From: Candidatus Eiseniibacteriota bacterium
Lineage (GTDB): Bacteria > Eisenbacteria > RBG-16-71-46
Direction: 5' to 3'
DNA length: 64,000 nucleotides
NCBI GenBank assembly: GCA_963744995.1
Contig: CAVUWA010000010.1
Coordinates: 576,001-640,000, forward strand
The position numbers and the translations under genes are program-made. Positions 39,212 to 47,890 of the stretch are shown piece after piece. Under the pieces are notes generated by a model. It searched no databases, was not told the DNA's origin, and saw only the letters and a program-made list of their open reading frames with translations. Position 1 is the stretch's first letter. Every line of letters starts with the position of its first letter.

Positions 39212-40162
39212 ATGAAGAGCGCCGCGTTGTTCACGCTCCTGATCCCGTCGCTGCTGGGCCTCGCCGGATGTTCGGGCGGCGGAGACGCCTCCACCTCACC
39301 GCCGTCCGAACCCGGCGTGGTGCACGTCATCGCGCGGGGCCTGACCTTCGAGGCCCCCGCGCGAATCCCTTCCGGCTGGGTCACGTTCCGCTTCGACAAC
39401 GAGGCGCCCATGACCCATCTTGCCGTCCTCGAGCACGTCCCCGACGGCATCGGCATCGCCGAGCACCAGGCCGAGGTCGCGCCGGTGTTCCAGAACGGTA
39501 TGGACTTCATCGCCGCGGGCAAGCCCGATTCGGCCATGGCCGCGTTCGGCACGCTGCCCGCGTGGTTCCACGAGACCGTGTTCACCGGCGGCCTCGGGCT
39601 CACCGCGCCCGGACACATGAGTGAAGCGACGGTCCACCTCGAGCCCGGCACGTACCTTCTCGAGTGCTACGTGAAGACCGCGGGCGTCTTCCACTCCTAC
39701 AATCCGGACCCGGCGACCGACGGCATGGTGCACCTGTTCACCGTCACCGATTCCACGTCGGGCCGCGAAGCGCCGCAGCCGACCATGCAGCTCACGATTT
39801 CGGGCGAGGACGGATTCGCGTTCGAGGGCGAGCCGCTGGCGGGCGACAACGTGATCGCCGTGCACTTCGCCGATCAGAAGCTGCACGAGAACTTCGTCGG
39901 CCACGACGTGCACCTCGCGAAGCTGGCCGAAGACGCCGACCTCGATGCCCTCGCGGCGTGGATGGACTGGTCGCATCCGGGCGGCCTCGAGACTCCGGCG
40001 CCGGCCGAATTCCTCGGCGGACTCCAGGAGATGCCCGCCGGCTCCACCGGCTACTTCAAGGTCACCCTCACGCCCGGGCGCTACGCCTGGATCGCCGAGG
40101 TGACCCACCCGCAGACGAAGGGCATGCTCAGGACGTTCACCGTTCCGGGCGAAACCAGCTGA
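39212..40162 (+). CDS. Lipoprotein with two tandem cupredoxin-like repeats
   Basis: Lipobox 'LAGC'; repeats 'GG...PG...LEPGTYLLECYV...FH...GM' and 'GG...PAG...LTPGRYAWIAEV...H...GM'. Confidence 0.6.
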   Translation: MKSAALFTLLIPSLLGLAGCSGGGDASTSPPSEPGVVHVIARGLTFEAPARIPSGWVTFRFDNEAPMTHLAVLEHVPDGIGIAEHQAEVAPVFQNGMDFIAAGKPDSAMAAFGTLPAWFHETVFTGGLGLTAPGHMSEATVHLEPGTYLLECYVKTAGVFHSYNPDPATDGMVHLFTVTDSTSGREAPQPTMQLTISGEDGFAFEGEPLAGDNVIAVHFADQKLHENFVGHDVHLAKLAEDADLDALAAWMDWSHPGGLETPAPAEFLGGLQEMPAGSTGYFKVTLTPGRYAWIAEVTHPQTKGMLRTFTVPGETS

Positions 40163-40221
40163 TTCCGCGGCGGCGGCGGGCCCGGGCGCGCGCCGGCCCG
40201 CCACTGCCGTGCCGGATCCAT

Positions 40222-40272
40222 AAATGACCCCCGGGTAATTTAATTTGAATCCTGATGACTGACGGGTCATCA
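40222..40272. promoter_or_regulatory. Two palindromic operators upstream of tetR
   Basis: AAATGACCC-CC-GGGTAATTT (40222-40241) and TGATGAC-TGACGG-GTCATCA (40253-40272) in an AT-rich patch; centres 31 bp apart. Confidence 0.7.
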
Positions 40273-40280
40273 AAGCGGCC

Positions 40281-40988
40281 GTGTGCGCCCGAACGAACGC
40301 CAGACGCGCCGCCGGCCCCAGGTCCGGCCGCAGACCGCCCGCCGCGGCCGAGCCGCGCTGGCACCGGCGTCCCGAGGAGCGCCCGGTCGAAATCCTCGCT
40401 GCGGCCCGCGACCTGTTCGTCGAGAAGGGCTTCGCCGCGACGCGGCTCGAGGAGGTCGCGCAGCGCGCCGGCGTGTCGAAGGGCACGCTCTACCTCTATT
40501 TCGAGAACAAGGAAGCCCTGTTCAAGGCGATGGTGCGCGAGAACATCGTCTCGGTGCTCGAGCGCGGCGAGCAGCGCGCGCAGAGCTTCCGGGGCCCTTC
40601 GCGCGATCTGCTCGAAGAGCTGCTGCGCGGCTGGTGGGCGGCCCTGCACGAATCGCAGCTGACCGGTCTGCCCCGGCTGATCTTCAGCGAGGCCTCGCAG
40701 TTTCCCGACCTGGCCCGCTTCTACTTCGACGAAGTCGTCGCGCGCGGGCGGCGCCTGTTCGCCGGCGTGCTCACCCGCGGCATCGAACGCGGCGAGTTCC
40801 GCGAGATGGACGTGGACTATACGGTGCGCGTCCTGCAGGCGCCGATCGTGATGGCGTTGATCTGGAAGCACTCCATGGTCAAGTGCCGGATCGATCCGCT
40901 CGACTTCGATCGCCACCTCGACGCGATGATCGACACCCTGCTGAACGGCGTCGTCCGCCCCACCGTGGAGCCACCGCCCCATGCATGA
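40281..40988 (+). CDS. TetR/AcrR family regulator
   Basis: 'ILAAARDLFVEKGFAATRLEEVAQRAGVSKGTLYLYFENKEALF'. Confidence 0.95.
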   Translation: MCARTNARRAAGPRSGRRPPAAAEPRWHRRPEERPVEILAAARDLFVEKGFAATRLEEVAQRAGVSKGTLYLYFENKEALFKAMVRENIVSVLERGEQRAQSFRGPSRDLLEELLRGWWAALHESQLTGLPRLIFSEASQFPDLARFYFDEVVARGRRLFAGVLTRGIERGEFREMDVDYTVRVLQAPIVMALIWKHSMVKCRIDPLDFDRHLDAMIDTLLNGVVRPTVEPPPHA

Positions 40989-42333
40989 TCGACTCGTCCC
41001 CGTGATGCTGCTCGTCGCGTCGCTCGGCGCGGCCGGGTCCACCGTGGCGGCGCGCGCCGCAGGCGCTCCGCCCGGACCGCAGGTGCTCACGCTCGCCCAG
41101 GCGATCGCCGCCGCGACGGGCGGCACGCCCGCGGTCCAGATCGCCGGCCTGCGCGCCGAGGGCGCCCGGGCCCGGGTCGCCGTGGCGCGCGGCGCCCTGC
41201 TGCCGTCGCTGAGCGGCGTCGCCTCGCAGACGAACCGTACGCTCAACAGCCGGACCTTCGGTTTCGAGGGCGGCGGCCTCGACTTCGCCTTCCCCGAGAA
41301 GCTCGGCCCGTTCGACGTGGTGGACGCGCGCTTCGAGGCACACCAGACGCTGTTCGACGCCTCGAGCTGGGTGCGGTTGCGCGCCGCGCACGAAGGGCTG
41401 GACGCGCTCGAAGCCGATCGCGGCACGAGCGTCGAACGCGCGGCGGAGAGCGCCGCATACGCGTACCTGCAGGCGGCGCGTGCCGAGGCGCTCGTCGCTG
41501 CGCGCAGCGCCGATCTCGACCTGGCCCGGGCACTCGTCGAGATCGCCGACGCCCAGGTGCAGCAGGGCGTCAGCGCGCCCATCGACGGAACCCGGGCCCG
41601 CACGCAGATGGCGGCGACCGAAGGCGCATTGATCGTCGCACGCAACCGCCGCGACCGGGCGGGGATCGCGCTCGTGCGCGCCCTCGGCCTCGACCCGGCG
41701 GCGGCCGTGGTGGTCCGCGACACGCTGGACGCTTCCGGAATCGCTTCCGACGCGCCGGCCGACTCCGCTCAGGCGGTGGCGCTCGCGCTCAGCCGCCGGC
41801 CCGAGCTCGTGGCCGAGCAGGCCCGCGGGCGCAAGGCGCGCGCCGAGCGCACGGCGATCTCCGCCGAACGACTGCCGCGCCTCGAGGTCAGCGCCGACTA
41901 CGGCTTGAGCGGCAATCACTTCTCCGACGCGATCGAGACCCGCGGCGTCGCCGTCGCGCTGACGCTGCCGCTGCTCGACGGCCTGCGCCGGGAAGCGCGC
42001 ATCCACGAACAGGCCGCCGTGGCGAGCGAGTCCGAGGTGCGCCTGCGTGATCTGCGCATGCAGGTCGTGGCCGACGTGCGGTCAGCGCTGCTCGACCTCG
42101 CGAGCGCCACGGAGCAGTTGCGCATCGCCGCGCGCCGGCTCGACCTGGCCGATGCCGAAGTGAATCAGGCCCGCGAGCGCTTCGAGCAGGGCGTCGCAGG
42201 GAACATCGAAGTGATCGACGCACAGACCTCGCTGATCCGCGCCCGCGACGCCGACATCGACGCGCGCTACGCCGCCGCTGCGTCGCGCGTCGCGCTGGCG
42301 CGCGCGATCGGCGTCACCACGACCCTGCACTGA
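40981..42333 (+). CDS. TolC-family outer-membrane efflux protein
   Basis: Signal peptide, OEP repeats ('LLPSLS', 'RRPEL', 'LPLLDG'); operon context. Confidence 0.9.
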   Translation: MHDRLVPVMLLVASLGAAGSTVAARAAGAPPGPQVLTLAQAIAAATGGTPAVQIAGLRAEGARARVAVARGALLPSLSGVASQTNRTLNSRTFGFEGGGLDFAFPEKLGPFDVVDARFEAHQTLFDASSWVRLRAAHEGLDALEADRGTSVERAAESAAYAYLQAARAEALVAARSADLDLARALVEIADAQVQQGVSAPIDGTRARTQMAATEGALIVARNRRDRAGIALVRALGLDPAAAVVVRDTLDASGIASDAPADSAQAVALALSRRPELVAEQARGRKARAERTAISAERLPRLEVSADYGLSGNHFSDAIETRGVAVALTLPLLDGLRREARIHEQAAVASESEVRLRDLRMQVVADVRSALLDLASATEQLRIAARRLDLADAEVNQARERFEQGVAGNIEVIDAQTSLIRARDADIDARYAAAASRVALARAIGVTTTLH

Positions 42334-42438
42334 GGTTCGACCCATTTCTCCGAGGGACGACATGACGACGACCGAAGCTCCCGAGGTTTCCCCCCCGCCC
42401 ACGATCACGGCGGACGCCAGGGCGCGTCCGGCCGTGCG

Positions 42439-43476
42439 GTGTCCGCGTCTGAACACGACGCCACGCCCGCGGCAAAGCCGCGACGCAAACGCCTGCCGAT
42501 GATCATCGTCGGCGTCGTGGCGCTCGCCGCGCTCGGCTTCGGCGCCCGCCAGTGGATGTTCGCACGCAACCACGTGACCAGCGACGACGCGCAGGTCGAA
42601 GGACACATCATCCCTCTGCTGCCCCGGGTGGGCGGCTTCGTCGCCGAGGTGCGCGTGAAGGACAACCAGCACGTGACCGCGGGCGACACGCTCGTGGTGC
42701 TCGACGACCGCGATCTGCTGGCGCATCTGCAGAAGACGGAAGCCGACCTCGCCGTCGCCCTGGCCAGCGTCGGCAGCGGCAGCCGCGCCGGCCAGGCCGA
42801 GGCGCAGGTGGCGGCTGCGCGCGCCCGGGTGACGCAGGCCGAGCAGGCCGCGTGGAAGGCGCACGCGGACCTCGACCGCTACACCGCGCTCGCCGCGCGC
42901 AACGTCATCGGTGGCCAGCAGCTCGATGCGGCGAAGGCGGCGGCCGGCGCCGCCGATGCCCAGCTCGCCGTGGCGCGCCAGGACGTGGCAGCCGCCTCGG
43001 CCGCGCTGCTCGCCGCATCCGCGCGCGTCGCGGCGGCGCGCGCCACGCGTGACGCCGCAGCGCTGCAGTTCTCCTATGCGCGCGTCGTGGCGCCCGCGAC
43101 CGGGGTCGTCAGTCGCAAGAACGTCGAGGTCGGCGAGCTCGTGCAGACCGGCCAGCCGCTCATGAGCGTGGTGCCGCTCGACGACGTCTGGGTCGTGGCC
43201 AACCTCAAGGAGACAGAGGTGCGCGACGTCACCCCCGGCGATCCCGCCGAGTTCAAGGTCGACGCCTACCCCGGCCGCCGCTTCGAGGGCCACGTCGAGA
43301 GCCTGAGCCCCGCTTCCGGTGCGCGCTTCTCGCTGCTGCCGCCCGACAACGCGACCGGCAACTTCACCAAGGTCGTGCAGCGGATTCCGGTGCGGGTGGC
43401 GCTGGATACACCACCGGACTCGGCCTACGTGCTGCGGCCCGGCATGAGCGTCGACGTCACGATCACGACGCGCTGA
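42439..43476 (+). CDS. emrA: EmrA/HlyD family efflux adaptor; the true start may be ATG 42362 across a frameshift
   Basis: 'TSDDAQVEG', 'WVVANLKET', 'FSLLPPDNATGNFTKVVQRIPV'. Confidence 0.9.
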   Translation: MSASEHDATPAAKPRRKRLPMIIVGVVALAALGFGARQWMFARNHVTSDDAQVEGHIIPLLPRVGGFVAEVRVKDNQHVTAGDTLVVLDDRDLLAHLQKTEADLAVALASVGSGSRAGQAEAQVAAARARVTQAEQAAWKAHADLDRYTALAARNVIGGQQLDAAKAAAGAADAQLAVARQDVAAASAALLAASARVAAARATRDAAALQFSYARVVAPATGVVSRKNVEVGELVQTGQPLMSVVPLDDVWVVANLKETEVRDVTPGDPAEFKVDAYPGRRFEGHVESLSPASGARFSLLPPDNATGNFTKVVQRIPVRVALDTPPDSAYVLRPGMSVDVTITTR

Positions 43477-43483
43477 GCCCGGC

Positions 43484-45073
43484 ATGTCGAGTGCTTCCCT
43501 GAGCTTCGGCCGCGGTATGATTCCGTCCGCGGCCGAGATCTACGCCAACCGCTACATCATCGCGATCACGGTGACGGTCGCGTCGGTCATGGAGCTGATC
43601 GACACCAGCATCGTCAACGTGGCGATCCCGCACATGATGGGCAACCTCGGCGCGACGCTGGACCAGATCGCCTGGGTGTCCACCGGCTACATCGTAGCGA
43701 ACGTGATCGTGCTGCCGATCACCGGCTGGCTCTCGGCGCTCTTCGGGCGCCGCCGCTACTTCGCCGGCTCGATCATGCTGTTCACGATCGCCTCGTTCTT
43801 CTGCGGCAATGCCCACTCGCTCACCGAACTGGTGTTCTGGCGCATCGTGCAGGGCCTGGGCGGGGGCGCACTGCTCTCGACCTCGCAGGCGGTGCTCTAC
43901 GAAGTGTTCCCGCCGAGCGAGTACGGCACCGCAATGGCGATCTTCGGCATGGGCGTCATGGTCGGTCCGACGCTCGGGCCCACACTGGGCGGCTACATCA
44001 CCGACGTGTTCTCGTGGCGCTGGATCTTCTTCATCAACCTGCCGTTCGGCATCCTGGCGTTCCTGCTCTCGCTCGGCTTCCTGAGCGATTCGCGCCACCA
44101 GACCAGGGCCGGGCGCGTGGACTGGCTCGGACTGCTGCTGCTCGCGCTCGGCATCGGCACGCTGCAGACCATGCTCGAACGCGGGGAACACCTCGACTGG
44201 TTCGCCTCCCGCGAGGTGGTCGCCTACGCGGTGATCAGCGCGACCTCGCTGATCGCGTTCGTGTGGCACGAGCTGCGCGTCGAGCACCCGGTCGTGGACC
44301 TGCGGATCCTCAAGAACCGCCAGCTCACCGCGGGCATTCTGTTCGGCGGGATGCTCGGCCTGTGCCTGTACGCGACCGTGTTCGTGCTGCCGGTCTACCT
44401 GCAGAATCTCCAGGGCTTCAGCGCCAATCAAACCGGCCTCGTCATCCTCCCCGGTGCCATCGCCAGCGCGGTGGTGATGGGGATCATGGGCCGGCTGCGC
44501 GGACGCTTCGACGAACGGCTGAGCGTGCTCGTCGGCGTGGGCATCTTCATGTTCTCGATGTGGCAGATGTCGCACTTCACGACCCTCAGCGGGTTCCACG
44601 ACTACTTCTGGCCGCTGATCTGGCGTGGCACCGGGCTCGGTCTGATCTTCGTGCCGCTCACCAATCTCTCGCTCGCCGATCTGCCGATGAGCCGCATCCC
44701 GAACGGCACCGGGCTGTTCAACCTCATGCGCCAGCTGGGCGGCAGCATCGGCATCGCGCTGTCTGCGACGACGCTCGGCCGGCTCGAGTCGATCCACCAC
44801 GCACGGCTCGCGGAGCATGTCTCGCTCTACAGCGATGCGACGCGCGCGCGCTTCGACGGCATCGTGCACACTCTGGTCGCCCGGGGCGCAACGGTGGCGG
44901 AGGCCGGGGCGAAGGCGGTCGCGGTGCTCGACGGCATGGTGCGCAGGCAGGCGATGATGATGTCGTTCGAGCAGCTGTTCCTGCTGTTCGGCTGGGGTTT
45001 CGCGATCGCCCTGCCGCTGCTGCTCCTCATGCGCGACGCCTCGGGCTCGAAAAGCGGTGGCGCGGTGCACTGA
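43484..45073 (+). CDS. emrB: DHA2 (EmrB/QacA) MFS efflux permease
   Basis: 'MELIDTSIVNVAIP', 'RIVQGLGGG', 'GPTLGPTLGGYI', 'WRWIFFINLP', 'RQLGGSIG'. Confidence 0.95.
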   Translation: MSSASLSFGRGMIPSAAEIYANRYIIAITVTVASVMELIDTSIVNVAIPHMMGNLGATLDQIAWVSTGYIVANVIVLPITGWLSALFGRRRYFAGSIMLFTIASFFCGNAHSLTELVFWRIVQGLGGGALLSTSQAVLYEVFPPSEYGTAMAIFGMGVMVGPTLGPTLGGYITDVFSWRWIFFINLPFGILAFLLSLGFLSDSRHQTRAGRVDWLGLLLLALGIGTLQTMLERGEHLDWFASREVVAYAVISATSLIAFVWHELRVEHPVVDLRILKNRQLTAGILFGGMLGLCLYATVFVLPVYLQNLQGFSANQTGLVILPGAIASAVVMGIMGRLRGRFDERLSVLVGVGIFMFSMWQMSHFTTLSGFHDYFWPLIWRGTGLGLIFVPLTNLSLADLPMSRIPNGTGLFNLMRQLGGSIGIALSATTLGRLESIHHARLAEHVSLYSDATRARFDGIVHTLVARGATVAEAGAKAVAVLDGMVRRQAMMMSFEQLFLLFGWGFAIALPLLLLMRDASGSKSGGAVH

Positions 45074-45199
45074 GCGCGCCGGGCCCGGGTCACGGGGGGT
45101 CTCCCGCCCGGTTCAGGGCGCCGCGGCCGGATACGTACGCCTGCGCGGGTCGCGGCCGGGCAGCCGGAGATGCGCGCGGCCCCCCCGTCACACCCTCGC

Positions 45200-47050
45200 T
45201 CAATGCGCCTCGAGCACCGCCTCCACGTCCGCGTGCAGCGTCGGCGGCGCGCCGAAGAAGACGCCCGCGGTCCTGCCGCTCCCGTCGAAGGCGAACAGCG
45301 TCGGCACGGCGCCGAGGTCGCCGAACGCACGCACCAGCTCCGGCCGCGCCAGCGCGACCCGCACGGACGGATCGAGCGACTTCGCGACCTCGCGCACCTC
45401 GGCCTCGTCGGATTCGATCGCCAGCGCGACGACGGCAACCCGGTCGCCGTAGCGCTTCTGCAGTCCGCCGAGCCACGCGAGCGTGCTCCGGCACGGCGGG
45501 CACCAGGTGGCCCAGAACTCGACCAGCACCATGCGGCCGGCGAGCGCATCGCGCGAGAGCGGACGCCCTGCGACGTCGCGGACGGAGAACGCCGGCAGCG
45601 CGGCGATGTCGCCGCCCTCACGGGGCGCCGCGACGGCCCGAGCCTCCGCCGTCCGCCCGGCGGCGAGCAGGTCGATCATGCGCGTGAGATCCGCGCGCAG
45701 CCGCTCGTGGCTCGCCGCGCTGCGCAGCGGCGCATAGCGACCGGAGCGATCGCCCTCGCCGCTGCCGTAGAAGCCGAAGTCCTTCGGGGTCGCAACCAGC
45801 ACGTCGTCCACGAAGATCGCCGGGTAGCGCGTGACGCCGAACCGGCGTGCGAGCGCCGAAGCGCCGTAGTTCTCGACGACGAAGCGCGCCCTTCCGCCGG
45901 AGGCGTTCACCACACTCTGTGCCAGCAGACCTGCCGGGTCGGAGAGGTTTCAGGTGTAGGGCCAGCGCACCAGCGTGACCGTGACCTTCGGTTCCGGTTT
46001 CGCCGGACGCGCGGCAGCCGGTTCGAGCACGGCGAAGTAGCGCGGCAGAACCACGCCCGCCACGGCCGCCGCGACCGCGTGGGTCGCGCCGGCGGTGGTG
46101 TCCCCGGCGTCGGCGCGCGCCAGATCGAGGAACAAGCGCGCGATGCCGTGATCGGTCCCGCGCGACTCGATGCGCGCGGCGAACGCGTCGAGACGTGCCG
46201 GCGTCTCCGTGGGGTCGAACCGGGGCGGGGAGGGAATCACCGCCTGCGCGCGGAGCGAGCCCTGGAGGTAGCGCAGCAGCGCGCCGCGATGAAGACCGAG
46301 CGCATCCAGCTCGCGCGCCTCCTTGAGTGCCGAGGCCGCGGCGATGAAGCCGGCGTGGAGGTGGATGGATGCCGGCGGCCGGTACGCGGAGAGGATCTCG
46401 CTCTCGAGGTCGTCGAGCTCGCCTGCAATGCCGCGGAACGCAGGGAGCCGTCCGTGCCCGATCGCTTCGAGGCTTTCCGCGAAGGCCACGAACCGCTGCT
46501 GCGCAAGCGCCTGCCCGAGATAGAAGAGCCCCGCCACAGGTTCGGTGCTGCGCCCGTAGTCGAGGCTGGCGTCGTAGTAGATGCGCACCTGCGGCCACGC
46601 GGCTTCGGCCAGCGCGCCAGGCAGCGCGGCACGGATGCGGGCGAGGGCCTTCTCGCCCCCCGGCCGGGGCGCGGGGGCGAGCACACCATCCATCCGTTTC
46701 CACTCGGCCTCGAGAGCGTCCGTCGAAGCGGCGGCGGCGGGGTGCCCGGCCACGTAGCGGGCCGCGTCCAGGAGCGGCATGGCGCGCGACAGCTCGTACA
46801 GGGCGATCTCGCGATGCCCGGCTTCGAGCGCCGCCTTCGCGCGCTCGACCGGGGGACCCGCCGACGCGCGAATGCCGCGCGACAGACGGTCCGAGGCCGT
46901 GTCGGCGGCGACGGCGGCCGACCAGCGCGTGATCTCGGCACGGAGCGGGTCGTGCCGGGCCGAGCGGGCGCAGGCGCCGGCAGCGAGGCTCAGCGCGCCG
47001 GAGACGATCAGCGTCGCGGCCCGGGCGCTGGCGATACGGGTCGTTCGCAT
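45200..47050 (-). CDS. Predicted selenoprotein (616 aa, Sec367): lipoprotein with helical domain + thioredoxin-fold UxxS domain + C-terminal TlpA (WCPPC) domain
   Basis: ORFs 45950-47305 and 45200-45913 are in frame across one TGA (45952-45950): ...VTVTLVRWPYT-U-NLSDPAGLLAQSV...GVTRYPAIFVDD...VLVEFWATWCPPC. SECIS-like hairpin immediately 3'. Lipobox 'LAAGAC'. Confidence 0.85.
45913..45949 (-). promoter_or_regulatory. Bacterial SECIS element
   Basis: mRNA UGA-AACCUCUCCGACCCG-GCAGGUCUGC-UGGCACAGAG: upper stem CCGGCA/UGCUGG with a GGUC loop, lower CUCU/AGAG. Core and 15-nt spacing are the same as the E. coli fdhF SECIS as recalled. Confidence 0.8.
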
Positions 47051-47400
47051 GACGCCGAGGTTCCGCCCCCACCCGCGGGCGCGTGAAGCGAAAGCCGACG
47101 AGCGCGGCAGGCGGCGTGGCCGGCTGCGGCCGCGACGCTGCGGAGGGCTCGGACGGCGCGGCGGCGGCCACGGCCACGAGGCCCGCCCGCGCTTCGCGGA
47201 GTCCGCTGCCGCCGGCACGCCGCCCGTGCGGGACCAGCCCGGCCACACCGGACCCCGGGCCCCCGGAAGCGCGGCGCCATGCGCCTTTCGGCGCCGCGCG
47301 CGCACCAGCTCCGATGTGCTAGAAGATCGGCCACACTGGCGGGTTGCTGCCGCACGCGGCGCGATCCCGCTCCGACCGATCCCTGCAATGGAGGAAACCC

Positions 47401-47793
47401 GTGGATCCCATACGCATGGCCGCCGTGCTGACCGTGACGCTCGCGCTCACGCTCTATACGGTCGGTACGGTGAAAGAGCAGCGTTCCCGCCGCAGCACGG
47501 CGGCGGTGCGCGGCTGGCTTACGTTCGGGGTGGTGTTCGACATCACCGCGACGGCGCTCATGATCGTCGCTTCCAGGAGCGTGGCGCCCACGGTGCACGG
47601 TCTGCTCGGCTATTCGGCGCTCGCGTTGATGGTGACCGACACGATGCTGCTGTGGCGCCACGCGCGCGCCCACGGCGACGTCGAGGTTTCCAGGCGCCTG
47701 CATCTGTTCTCGCGGTTCGCGTACGCCTACTGGGTCGTGGCTTACTTCACCGGCGCCGCGCTGGTGATGGCGGAGCGGGCCGCCTCGGCCTGA
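47401..47793 (+). CDS. HsmA-like (TIGR03987-type) small four-TM membrane protein
   Basis: GGAGG then GTG 47401; 'TLALTLYTVG...E', 'GVVFDITATALM', 'HGLLGYSALALM', 'LHLFSRFAYAYW...YFTG'. This matches my recollection of the family pattern, including two His residues. Confidence 0.6.
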   Translation: MDPIRMAAVLTVTLALTLYTVGTVKEQRSRRSTAAVRGWLTFGVVFDITATALMIVASRSVAPTVHGLLGYSALALMVTDTMLLWRHARAHGDVEVSRRLHLFSRFAYAYWVVAYFTGAALVMAERAASA

Positions 47794-47890
47794 GCCCCGG
47801 CGCCGCACGCCCCGCGGCCCGTGCCGATCCAAAACACCGCGCCCGGGCGGCGAATGCCGGCCCGGGCGCGATTTCGATCAGTCCGTTTCC

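Noticed and set aside
42331..42439. tolC TGA is in frame with emrA, suggesting possible read-through
   Set aside because: No SECIS-like hairpin. An outer-membrane TolC fused to an inner-membrane-anchored adaptor is topologically implausible, and the C7 frameshift explains the region better.
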